From the NCBI GenBank assembly GCA_001938485.1, contig MQRK01254947.1:1-48675 (forward strand): 48,675 nt of DNA, written 5' to 3'. This document shows positions 34,864-47,040 of this stretch, in pieces (the first letter of the stretch is position 1; each line of letters opens with the position of its first letter). Source of the stretch: Girardia tigrina (taxonomy: Eukaryota). Under the pieces are notes generated by a model. That model was not told the origin of the DNA. It saw only the letters and a program-made list of their open reading frames with translations, and made no database searches. The translations under genes and the position numbers were made by a program.

Positions 34864-36200
34864 TGTTGCGTTCCCATCTCTCAACAACATTTTTGCGAGC
34901 TCTGAGCCCCCAGCCGCTTTCTGATATAAACGACAACTCATTATTTACACTCTCCATGTACAGGGCGAACGGACACGTCTCCTCCATGTATATCAGCAAG
35001 CTGTATACACTTCGGAGCGCCTTCGGGTTTCAAACCAGCATCGGGGATGGCCCGGCCGGTAGCTGCAGCGTTTGTATAGTTGATCTATATTCTATTTATA
35101 TGTGTTATATTTACATTTTATTTACTTTGATCAGAGTGAAGAGAGCCTCGAAGAAGCAGACAACGACCATCCAGCGTGATCGCCGGGGACGGTTCGCGTC
35201 GCCTCTAAAAGGTTCTTCAGCTCTTTTATCTTGATTAACATGTAAACTACTTCGTACCAAATCGAAACTTACCTTTTATTGTATATACAGAACGTTAAAG
35301 GCTGTATTCTAATTTTCGGGGTTTAATTAAAGTTAGTTAAATTCTGAAATATGAAATAAATAATTCGTAAACTGAAATTGATTACGTTATATAAAACTAT
35401 TAAAACTAAGGTTATCAACACAACTTAAGGTTATGTTTAAGCATACTTATTACTACTGAAAGGTACCAAATAACTAAAGGATTAACACTTAAATTATCAT
35501 GAAATAATGGTGAACATTTGTAAGTAGATAAATCATTTATTTACATAAATAGATTTTTCAAAACAAAACAAAGACATAACTCTGATTAATAGGAAATTAA
35601 AATTAAGGTTATTACTCGGTGGAAATTTTTACAATTACTTACGAAAAGTCAAATTATGAAATATTAAATATGATTGAGGATGAATAACGCTACTAAAATC
35701 AGGATTATTACACTATATGGATTAACATGTTACTGTCAACAAATATCAAAATATCATAGGTTTAAAATTATTATTGCGACAAAGGTTTTACTATTTCGAA
35801 TCACATCTCCGGGATTATTAAACTAAATTACGCTATGTACAATCAGATCACTCCCGTTACGCTATTAGTTACATGCCATCGTTGGGTGGCAACTCTCATA
35901 ACCAAAGGTAGATCGACGATCCTTTCTCATTTTTCTTAGTTCCTGATTATTCAGATGGAGTTTATCAATGTAATTAAGTGACAGTCGGGAGTTTAACATG
36001 GTTTTGAATAATTCAATATCAAAATAAGATTTAATATAATCGCAAAATAAATGAAACTAAAATTAAAATCGGAAAATTATATTTAAAAACAAATAACAGA
36101 TTACATAAAAGTAAAAACGAATCAAATACGATATCAAACCATACCTTTGATTTGTTATCAATAAATTATATATAAATTATTCTACTCAAATGTGCAAAAT
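34864..36200 (+). mobile_element. 5' part of a large LTR of a second family sharing the structured terminal motif; right end undefined
   Basis: Starts TGTTGCG. Shares GCTCTGAGCCCCCAG, CGTCTCCTC and GGAG..CCTTCGGGTT with the 8088 and 47041 termini, and is homologous to 44747-45031. Confidence 0.55.
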
Positions 36201-36208
36201 AAATGATA

Positions 36209-36615
36209 TTAGGTTGTCCTAAAAGTTCCTGGTCAAGAATGAAAAATACAATTTTTTGTGCAAGAATTTATTTTAAATAAATAACAATTAATCTTCAAAG
36301 TACAGCCCATCGTTTTCGACTATTTTCTGCCTAAGGTCTACAAGCTTTCGGATCTTGTCAAAGTACCATTCGGCTGCTTCGAATTGAAGAACTCGTGACA
36401 TGCTTGTTTAACTTCATCGAATGCTTTGAATCGGTTGCCTTTCAAGAAGTGTTGCATGGATCGGAAGAGGCCAGAGTCGGATGGAGCGCAATCAGGGTTG
36501 TAAGCAGGGTGCGGTAGGATTTCGACTCCATCCAACTCTTGGAACCTTCCTGTGGTCTTCTTGTCGGTATGCGGCTTGGCATTGTCTTGCTGAAGCAGTG
36601 CACATTTTCGGTTTG
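36209..36615 (-). mobile_element. mariner transposon 3' fragment
   Basis: LLQQDNAKPH...LPHPAYNPDCAPSD (YSPDLAPSD motif); C-terminal GLYFED after a frameshift; TIR TTAGGTTG next to TA at 36207-36208. Confidence 0.9.
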
Positions 36616-37308
36616 TAAAAATATAAAACTCAGTTCCTTTGAGAATCAAAAAACCAGTTATATTTTTCTTTGTTCACTGAAATACTCCTTATAACTGAAT
36701 TCTTTATTTCTAACCAAAAAAAATGTTTAACTATTATAACAATTAACTAAATTAATCAAACAAAATACTTTTATTTGAAGTTTGGTTAATTTAGTTAATA
36801 ACAATACCAACAAAAAAAACTAATTGTTATCAATGATAATGAACACGATCGTCCGATAAAACAATAAACCTTTAAAGTTCACAACTTTCTTTTTTTTATT
36901 ACGAGAGGTGTTGTAAAGGATGTCGTCCGAAATATAAAGTCGGTCAGAATAATGATATACGATATAATGAGTTGCGAGATTCGACCAATGTTAAAGGAAA
37001 TTAGATTATGCGCAGTTGACTTCAATGTCTATTTCACAATTAATTCTTTTCTTGGATAATTGTGATAGATTATTTATCGACTTTTCATTTGAATTCAAAA
37101 TTCAATGATATAATTTCATTAATAATAATAATAATAATTTTAATGTCTTTCGACAGTTCATTTCTTTTATTTCTTTGGCTATTCTTGTACTATCTTTTCT
37201 GTTTTTTTAATAAATTAAAATTTGAACATGTCTTTGTATTACAGTTCTTCTGATTTGAACAAAATTTTTCTCTATCTGTTTGTCTTTCAAAACTCACTGC
37301 GGATAAAA

Positions 37309-37740
37309 CTAAATTAGATGTCTTAGGATGACAACTAGAATCGACAGGACAGATCCTGATAAGCAACTGGCAGCTGTTCTAGGAATAAAATATAAACGAT
37401 AAAAAAACCTTCCCTTCCCCTTTCATAAATAATTACCTGATTGCACGAAGAAATAAACGGTTGATTATCTGTATATTGCACAGAAACACATGACAGTCTG
37501 GCAAATACATAATTACTTACAGCAACTGAAGCACACATGTGCGGGCGAGTTCTGGTTGAGAGGTAAAAATTTGAATAAACAGGATGATTGCAATCATGCA
37601 ATACATCTCTCATCCTGCAAATAGACAACCGAGAATCATATCAAAATAAACATGTCAAATCGCGAACCGAAATCAGGATAAACAACTTACTGGATATTCA
37701 TGCATACACACAGGATGCCCGAACACATCGGGTAATACAT
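37309..37740 (-). other. Candidate multi-exon transcript; splicing yields an 81-aa ORF of unknown function
   Basis: Introns 37615-37690, 37469-37520 and 37379-37436 (GTAAGT, GTAAGT, GTAATT...AG). Spliced frame MYYPMCSG...ILRHLI* is open. No recognisable domain. Confidence 0.4.
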
Positions 37741-38225
37741 GCGGCCAAGAGATGCTACCGATTTTTGATTCACAGTTGTCTCGCAAGAGATACCTTTTAA
37801 TTTATTATTGTAATATTATTATTAACTTGAACCACAATAACTGAACCAACAGTTTCAATTTCTTTTATTTTTTAATATTACAATCGGCTTCAAATACAAA
37901 GTTTGTTTAACAATTGAGGATTCCAAAAATTAAACTTTTTTTATCAAATATTTTTTCCCAATTTTTTATGACTTTCTTATAAAAGTCAGGGTATTTATAC
38001 TCATTATTGATTTATATTTTTTTCCATTTTGTTTTCCTTGGTGCACTTGCACCTAAATTAATGCATAAATGTCAATTTCAAAATAAGTGCACATGCATAG
38101 TAATTTTTTTCTCTCCTACTTTGGAAAGGTGCACTTGCACTGATATTATTAACATTAATGATTATTTGATGGAATTATTATTTATTATTTACAAAACTTG
38201 GTAAGTTTTGTTTTAAACAAATTTT

Positions 38226-38480
38226 TTAATATATTTTTTTATAAATTAACGTTTGAATAATAATTATGATATAAATAATTATAATAATAATAAATATAAT
38301 AATAATACTGAAAATCAATACATTAATAATAATAGGAATATTAAAATAAAAATTATGATGATAATAGTAATGATTATATAAATAATTAATAATAAATGAT
38401 AATAATACTAATAACAATAATACTAATAATAATAAAATATAATAATGATAATAAAAATAATATTATAACAATAATACTAA
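38226..38480. repeat. (AAT)n-like low-complexity tract
   Basis: Imperfect AAT/ATA repeats. Confidence 0.8.
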
Positions 38481-39601
38481 AAATACGAACATATCTCAAG
38501 GAATAATATCCCTATAAGCTTCCTCGCGTCCCTGAGTGTTTGCTCAAACAACGGTGTAAAAATAACCTAAAATCCCAATCTAGGTATTTGAAGTGATTTT
38601 TACTTATGAAATAATAATAAAAAATGAAAATTAAATTGATAATGTATAATTTAAAACGCGTAATAATGTAGCAAAAAAAGAAGGTAATAATTAAGTATCA
38701 CAGTAAAAGAAAAGGAGCTGGTTGGGACCAAAAAAAGTATGACAAAAATATATGTACTTTGTACTATAGTCCTTGTAAACTGAAGCTTCGAATGCGTACG
38801 ACTGGTTTGAGTTAGACTTGGATTTGGATTAGTATTTGGATCTAGAGAGAGATTGAGACTCGATTGTTATTTATACTATAGTCTTTTGTAACACAGAAAC
38901 TTCGAGGAGTACAATGTCAATTTATTTGTTGAGAGACAGTAATAATGGTAGGATAATCTAGGATTGAGTTGCGATAGATAAATTTTCTTTAATTTATTTT
39001 GAGGTAGAACAATTCTGCTGTCAGGCAAGTTTTTTTTTAAATAAAATTTTAATTGTGATTTCATAAATCAATTTTCATTGATTTATTTAAATTTTATAAT
39101 TTGAAATTTATGCTTGACTACATAATGTAGTTAAGCTAAATATAATAAAGATAATAAAGATAATTAAGATAATAAAGATAATTAATAATAAAATATAATA
39201 AAGATAATTTAAATAATAAATTAAAAAAGTAGTAGAGAATTTAATAAGGATTACTCAGAATCATTTATACAATACCCCCCACTTCAGAAGTGGAACGTAC
39301 ACTGATGGGTATTAATTTTAGATTTCTTTGATTTTTGAGGTTATGATTACCATTAGAAAAAATGTCGGCCGTATTATTGTCTTGAACCTTTGCTCTATAA
39401 GGGCCGGTAAAACGGTTTCCGAAGGTGGTTGGATTAATGATTTTTTCGTAAGCCATTGCGTCCAATGTATGTGATTTTACCACGTTTTTATTAACTTACT
39501 TTCTTGTATGTCTGTCTGTCTGTTTGTTTGTAAATCTTGCGATCGATTTTTCGACCACTTTCAGTCATCCAAATGAGCTGAATTTTTTTATACAGGCTTG
39601 G

Positions 39602-40691
39602 TTCCGATGACAATACAATTTGATAAAAAAAATTTTGAAAAAAAATAATTTATATTTATTATTCTATTTTTTAGAAATTTATTGTAATATATTATTTTTT
39701 TATATTTATTGTTGAAAAGAATTTTGTCGTATTAAAAAAGAAAATAAACGACCTAAATTTATTTCTAGACAAAATAAACTACAGACTCAAATCAACTAAT
39801 GATTCATATATTTTGGAGCGCCGCCGTTGCATGGGCCCACTGGTCCAGCCGAGCTCGCACTCCAGGGCTTAAAATAATATAACATTTGAGAGCCCTGTTA
39901 TCGTCTCGATGATGGATGCAAATTGCGTGATGCCTATGTTGTTCATAGTAATCCAGCACCCTGACGGCTAGTGCATAGTTCCTAGTTCTTGCCAAGCATT
40001 TTTCGAGATCCTTTCTCTTATCCTTATTGTGAATTCGTTTTAGTCCTTCTTCCTGTAAAATAAAATTATAGTCATAAATTAATATACAAATAATAATTAA
40101 CCTTAATCTCGGCAATTTTTTNNNNNNNNNNNNNNNNNNNNNNNNNNNNNNNNNNNNNNNNNNNNNNNNNNTTCCGATGACAATACAATTTGATAAAAAA
40201 AATTTTGAAAAAAAATAATTTATATTTATTATTCTATTTTTTAGAAATTTATTGTAATATATTATTTTTTTATATTTATTGTTGAAAAGAATTTTGTCGT
40301 ATTAAAAAAGAAAATAAACGACCTAAATTTATTTCTAGACAAAATAAACTACAGACTCAAATCAACTAATGATTCATATATTTTGGAGCGCCGCCGTTGC
40401 ATGGGCCCACTGGTCCAGCCGAGCTCGCACTCCAGGNCTTAAAATAATATAACATTTGAGAGCCCTGTTATCGTCTCGATGATGGATGCAAATTGCGTGA
40501 TGCCTATGTTGTTCATAGTAATCCAGCACCCTGACGGCTAGTGCATAGTTCCTAGTTCTTGCCAAGCATTTTTCGAGATCCTTTCTCTTATCCTTATTGT
40601 GAATTCGTTTTAGTCCTTCTTCCTGTAAAATAAAATTATAGTCATAAATTAATATACAAATAATAATTAACCTTAATCTCGGCAATTTTTT
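39602..40691 (+). repeat. 520-bp identical duplication across an N gap (probable assembly overlap)
   Basis: 39602-40121 equals 40172-40691 apart from one N. Confidence 0.85.
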
Positions 40692-40740
40692 CACACAGAT
40701 ATCCCTTGATATCGTTTCTCAAATGTGTTGCATTTGCCAT
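40374..40740 (-). CDS. Intact two-exon orphan gene (105 aa) inside the CACG-TIR element
   Basis: Exon 1 40740-40672 MANATHLRNDIKGYLCEKIAEIK; 49-nt GT-AG intron 40671-40623; exon 2 40622-40374 EEGLKRI...AALQNI* (one N at 40437). AATAAA at 40333-40328. Confidence 0.6.
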
Positions 40741-43700
40741 TTAAATTAGAGGAATAAAAGATTGGCTGTGGCACTGCTTTAAGTACCAATTGCCATTGTT
40801 CGACTTCAGTCTCGAACGTAATCTAATCGAGTCGTGTTGTTTTCAACTGACGACTTACAAAAAAAATTTATTTCTTTATCAATTGTACAAGTTTACTTGC
40901 GATAAAAGTCTAGACAATTGTGCATACGGCAGCAGTACGATACGCGCAGACGAGACATTTACGTTTTTCGTTTTTGAAATAACATTTATATTTTATTTTA
41001 TATTTTAAATTGCTTTTTAAAAAATATTTTCTGATTTTTCAAATTAATTTCAATTTTAAATTAATTTTATTAATATTATTATTTTAATAAAATTCATTTT
41101 TAATTTTTAATATGACATTTCTGTTAATTTTTTCAACTTTAAAATATTCTTAGTTGCAATACTAATACTAATTATTGTTACTATAATTACCATAGCAATA
41201 ATAATGATTATTGATAAACTTCCTGACAGGATGAAGTTATTTTTTAATAAAACAATAATATTATTAATAAAAAATTTTTTTTATAAAAACAACCACGTTT
41301 TTCAAGCATTACCAATGCACTAAAAGGAGGAAAATAATTTTTTTCTAGACATGTGAGAAATTTTATACCTAANNNNNNNNNNNNNNNNNNNNNNNNNNNN
41401 NNNNNNNNNNNNNNNNNNNNNNNNNNNNNNNNNNNNNNNNNNNNNNNNNNNNNNNNNNNNNNNNNNNNNNNNNNNNNNNNNNNNNNNNNNNNNNNNNNNN
41501 NNNNNNNNNNNNNNNNNNNNNNNNTCTGAATTACTGCTATTAGTAACTGCTATTTCCTCTTTACTGCTTTTTAGTAACAATCGATCATTTCTATACCCCA
41601 CGTTTTTGGTTAGGTATAAAATTTCTCACATGTCTAGAAAAAATTATTTTCCTACTTTTAGTGCATTGGTAATGCTTGAAAAACGTGGTTGTTTTTATAA
41701 AAAAATTTTTTTATTAATAATTTTGTTTTGGTGACAGATCTGAATCAAATAATTTCACGAAAGATCTCTTTCCACACAATTTTTCTAACCGTGAAATACC
41801 TAAAGACGAATTAGGTTTAAGTCTCAGGGAGAAAAGAGCTTCTGGAAGGATGTCTAACCAGTTTGAGTCATTTCCTTTAAGTCGTATTGTTTGTTTGAGA
41901 TATCTGTTAAAGATCTCGACTTTACCATTGGAGTTTGGGTTATATGGAGTGGTTCTGATTTTAACAATACCAAAAGATGTGCAAAACTTTTTGAATAGAT
42001 CAGATTCAAACTGTCGCCCTTGATCTGATATTAATTTTTTTGAGGGCCATATCTACAAATCCAGTTCTCCTTGATTGCTTTGATTATTGTTACTGAGGAA
42101 ATATCTGGCACTGGAATGGCTTCCAAACCATGATGAAAAACGATCAATTATAGTGACTATGTATTTTATTTCGCGATTTGGTGGAAGCGGACCGATTATA
42201 TCTACGTGAATAATATCGAATATGCCCCCTTCCTTAAATTGTATTTTCCTGATTGTTATTCTACTTCTAGATTTCTTTAAACGATAACGATATTCATAAT
42301 GACCAAAATTGTGTATTGAAGCGATACAAGTTTGTCTCAGGTTTTTAGGAATCAAAGGACGAAAATGTCAGACAACGAAACGTCATACCAAATTCCTTTA
42401 CTTTCTTTCAATTTGATTGATGGATAGTTGGCACATTCTTTTACCACTTCTAATTGTTTACCAAGACGGTCACTAGTGGTAAGATTAGGGTAAAAATTTA
42501 TACAACCTACGGGATTACGAGACATAAAATCTGCGGCTACATTGGAATTCCCAGACACGTATTTGAAACAACAATGGAATTGCGAGATATAACAAGTTTG
42601 AGTCAATTGTCGAGGCGTAAGATCTTTTAAAGATAGTAACTGAAGAAGAGGTTTGTGACCTGTGACAATTGTGAACTTACGGTCCTCTAAGAAATGTCGA
42701 AAATGTTTGATAGACTTGTAGATGGCTAAAAGTTCCCTATCAAAAGTTGAATATCTTCGTTCTGTTTCTTTTAATTTTGAAGAGTAAAAAGCAATAGGAT
42801 AGACTACATCGTTTAATCTTTGTTCAAAAACACTACCGATGACATAGGAGGACGCGTCGGTGGTTAAATATAATTCCGATCCTTTTTGTAAGCAAGTTAA
42901 CTTGGTAATGTTTTTTAAAGCTTTTTTACCTCTAAGAAAGCTACCTCTAGAACTTCGTTCCAAGTAATTTTGTCAAGTTTCTTTTTTTCTTTTATTGTTT
43001 TAGTAAAAGGAGACAATAGCAGTGAACAGTCTTTTATAAATTGGTGGTAGAATTGATCATACCATAAATTCGGCGGATCTCTCTTACGTTATTAGATGGT
43101 TTAAGATCTAGGATGTATTGGATCTTCCCATTAATTGAACTGAGACTGTTTTCACTGATAGTGTGACCAAAAAAATCCACACTTTGCAAAAAGTAAGAAC
43201 ATTTTTTTAAATTTATTTTTAGGTTTTGTTTATCTAAAACTTCTAAAACTTCAATTAGATGATTTTCATGCTCTTTTATATATCTAGAACCCACCAAAAT
43301 GTCGTCTAAATAAACTACAACATGTTTTGAATTTCGAAAAATTTGGTCCATGGCTCGTTAGAATGAAGCGGTCGCATTCTTCAAACCAAAAGACATACGA
43401 ATAAACTCGAAGAGACCAAAAGGAGTAGTAACCGCCGTTTTACAAACGTCTTCTTCGGCCATAGGAATTTGATAATACGCTTGAATCAAATCGATTTTAC
43501 TGAAGATTTTTGCGCCTGGCAGTCGAGTAGTGACATCTTTTATTAAAGGAAGAGGGTACTCATCTTTCAAAGTTATCGCATTAAGTTTACGATAGTCTCC
43601 ACAGCAATGCCAATCACCATTCGGTTTTTTTGCATGAGTAATGCTGAAGACCAGTGGGAAGACGAACTTCTTGTAATTTTACGGGCTTCCAAGTCTAGAA

Positions 43701-44434
43701 AGATTTCTTTGGCGGCTTCAAGTTTGTCTGGTGGAAGCACCGAACTCGAGAATGGACCGGTAAGCCTTTCGTAATAATATTGTGAGCAACACAGTTAGAA
43801 CCATCTACGTCAGAAAATAGGTTGAATAACTTTGGGAAGAGTGTTAAGAGTCGTTGAACAAATACTTTGTTAGTGGTTATTTTGTCTAGATCGATGTTTA
43901 ATTCAGTAGTCACACCAGTAGAATATTCAGAAGTACCGCTAGTTAGTACGTCATTCGTATAAAGCAAATTGACAGAATGATTAACCGTGTCGGCAGTTAT
44001 AGTGGAAGAAGGAAGATCTACCAGAGTTTTTAGAGTGAATTTTTTTTTAAATTTTCCCGAATTAAAGAAAATATAGTTTCGAGTGGGGGTTTTTTATTTC
44101 TAATCTGGAGACAAGAATTGTTAGTGATGCAGTTTTTTTGGAATGATCGAATGTGATGAATCATGATTAATCCGGATGGATTTATTTCGACAATCAACTA
44201 AAAAATTATAATAGGCTAAAAAATCTGCGCCACTACGAAATACCACTGGATTAAATTATCCCCAATATTCAATGTTAATGGAATGCGACCGTAAGAACGA
44301 ATAACAGAACCATTAGCTGCAGTTAAATTATTTTTGGGTTTGTTTAAAAAAATTTGGAGTTAACGAAATTTAATGGAACTACAGACAATGAGAACCAGAG
44401 TCAATAAGAAAACTTGAATTAATATTACTCGGAT

Positions 44435-44501
44435 GCACCGAGAAAACCGAAAAGACACCATCCACTAACGGTGCGTGAGTGGATGGTGTAAATCGTTTAA
44501 A
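44435..44501 (-). promoter_or_regulatory. -1 frameshift signal with H-type pseudoknot (element E gag/pol)
   Basis: UUUAAAC (44501-44495), 5-nt spacer, 12-bp stem ACACCAUCCACU/AGUGGAUGGUGU, loop GCACCG pairing with CGGUGC (44440-44435). Confidence 0.85.
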
Positions 44502-44746
44502 TTACGGACCTTAAAAGAGCAAGGTTTGATGCATTTATTTCTTTCTTGAAGCATTTATTTGTTAACGAAAATAATAATCAATTTAAAAATATTTACAACA
44601 AAATAACAAGAATAATCAATTTAAAAATAATTAAATAAATAATGTTATATACAACCTAAAATAAAAATAATAAAATATTGTTATATACAATATACAACCC
44701 CAACATAAATATGTTAGAAAATGTTTGTGGTATAAACGAAAATATT

Positions 44747-45031
44747 GAAGAGTGGCGAAGAACCTTTTATAGATAGCACAGGTCGACCACAGTATGCATA
44801 GGAGCACGTGGTTCGATCGTCGCTTATCTCTTTAAGGCTCTCTTTGTCCGTCATAATGATTAACTATGGAAGTTACAATGCGCAATAAGAAATAATAACC
44901 ATGATGATAAATAAGCAAAGTATGGGAGCAATCTATCAACCCCTCAGACGCTGAGGCTACCGTTCGGGCCTTACTCGTTACGGGCTCGAACCCGAAGGCG
45001 CTCCGAAGCGTATACAACTCGTTGATATACA
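44747..45031 (-). mobile_element. LTR fragment homologous to ~34986-35226
   Basis: Shared TGTATATCA..TGTATAC.CTTCGGAGCGCCTTCGGGTT, AAGAGAGCCT and AAAAGGTTCTTC blocks. Confidence 0.75.
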
Positions 45032-45234
45032 AATAATTTGGAATATTGAATAACCTTTGGTGATATAATATTTACACGACAAGGCACTAAAAGATTTTGT
45101 TTATATCTTCAATACATTTCAAACATTCAATTTTGCAAAAGATTATCAATTGACTATTTGTCTGACTACCCTCATATGACTATAAATAAAAAAATAAAAA
45201 TAACGAAGACAATTTTTTTAAATTGAAAAAAATA

Positions 45235-45900
45235 AGTTATCTCTGCAAAGTAGTAACTTTCCCCGTTCCCACAAACCACGAACACGCATCAATGATCAAA
45301 ATCGAAGACACAGCCGCCCACCGGACTACATAAATGGAACAAAGTATCAATTATCAAGGACACCGAAATAACTAGCAGACTCGATTTTGTACACAATCAC
45401 TTTATGATTTAATTAATTATCATCAAAATTTAAAACTAATTAAAACTGCCGAACAAATTTCAATTTTCTGAAAAAAGCAAATTATTTTCTCATTTCAAAC
45501 AAAATAAAAAGAGATTGTTTAAATATATTACAATAATTTATTTATCGAATTATCAAATAATCAATTGAACTTTCAACCCAATTAAAATTCAATAAAAAAA
45601 ATAAATTCCAATAAAACAATTCAAATATTCATTATAACTAAGCTATATCGACGGTTCTGCTATTTACACCTCCCCTTCCCTACAAGAAACATCGGTTACT
45701 ACATTATTAATGTTATATACTTTATCTACAGGTGGCATCTTAACCCTCACGCCACGGTCCTCCTCACCTTCGGTACTTTACCCTTATTTACTTGTGCTCT
45801 ATCCTCTCCGACTACAACTTCCACTTGCTCCTCGACTACCCTAAGATTATCGACTTTATAATATCTCCTTTCTACTTTATTCTCGCACTCCTTCGTATCA
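45235..45900 (-). mobile_element. 3' end of an LTR retrotransposon: low-complexity pol tail, PPT and 3' LTR
   Basis: PPT AGGGAAGGGGAGG (45681-45669) directly followed by TGTAAATAG at 45668. Distal end approximate. Confidence 0.5.
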
Positions 45901-46970
45901 CTACCATAATTCGAAAAGGCCAATAAATAAAATCGGTAGATACTTTAAGTCAAAATAGAAAAATATTTAAGTTAAATGATCAAAAACAAACGTCCAATTG
46001 TATTAAAATGTATTCGACCGTTTTAGAAGCAAATAACAAAAGACAAAATTAAATCATTAAATAAAGAGAGCAGTCACATAAAATAAATAAAATCAAAATG
46101 AAATGGATGAAATTATGTCAAATTAAGTAATAAATAAAACACGGCGCGAAGCTCACCTCTCCACTATTCGATACTAATATGGATAATAACGTTCTTCGAA
46201 TTTCTAATCTTCTCGATACAAAAATTTAGTTCGTATATTACAAATAGGTCATCGTTTTTGATTCTGGCAAAATGCGTGAATGACTTATAGCGAAGTAATA
46301 TGAAATAATTATAAAAATTGTGGGGCTAAAATGTGTGTCGTAACACTGTCGGTTTCCTGTTCGATGTGCTGGGTATATAAACTTAACAGGATATGCACCA
46401 GATTCAATACACTCGTTATCCTGTGTAAGCATGTCGTTCGAGGCTCTAATGTTTATGTGACAAGATTGTTAGAGATATCTGGGGCTGATTTTATACAACT
46501 ATCTGGCGATACCCAACAAAGAACCTTATTAAAATAAGATCTTAATTTAACTTATTTCAAATCAAAAGACGAGACTTTCCTTTAGTAAAATAATATTTTA
46601 TATCGTATATAACAGTTACAACTTCTTTACAATGTTTTACAATAATTACAAGTTTTTAAAAAGATAGTGTGACCCCTTAATTATACCCTATTTACGTTAA
46701 AGGTCTGGTTCTCGTTCAGAGCCTTTAATGATTTTAGAAAGAGCGGTAATCCCCGTTAATGAATAAAAATAAAACACAATATTAATAATAATGTAGATTT
46801 TATTTAAATTTAGTTTATTATTATAGATAGAAATTACGATTTTAATAAATTAAAGAACATTGTTTAAACATCTTGGTCACAGTGTAGCTGGATCAATTAA
46901 TCCAAGATATAGCCCAGGAAAATTAATCTCTTCCTCTTGCGATATCAGTCAGAATGTCTCTTCTCCAATT

Positions 46971-47040
46971 AATTATCAACGGCCGGAAAAATAATAGCAA
47001 ATTTCTCGAAAATTATCAACGGTCGGAAAATTAATGGCAA
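46971..47040 (+). repeat. Short tandem repeat (~40-bp unit, two copies) at the LTR insertion site
   Basis: AATTATCAACGG(C/T)CGGAAAA(A/T)TAAT(A/G)GCAA occurs twice. Confidence 0.7.

Larger units (their letters stand above)
39481..41372. mobile_element. Non-autonomous DNA element with CACGTTTTT terminus (CMC/Chapaev- or Transib-like, inferred), inserted in element E integrase
   Basis: Left end CACGTTTTTA followed by (GTCT)n. Right end runs into the gap, but its inverted copy at 41599-41722 also begins CACGTTTTT. Confidence 0.55.
38760..44535 (-). mobile_element. CsRn1-like Ty3/gypsy element E (gag tip, PR, RT, RNase H, IN, PPT, 3' LTR), decayed and interrupted
   Basis: FLIDSGS; GDYRKLN; FSKIDL; YLDD; LTTDAS; RYSTFDRELLA; HVDIIGPLP; SDQGRQFES; FTGPY. 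PPT GAAGTGGGGGG then TGTAT at 39271; 3' LTR ~38760-39271. Confidence 0.93.
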
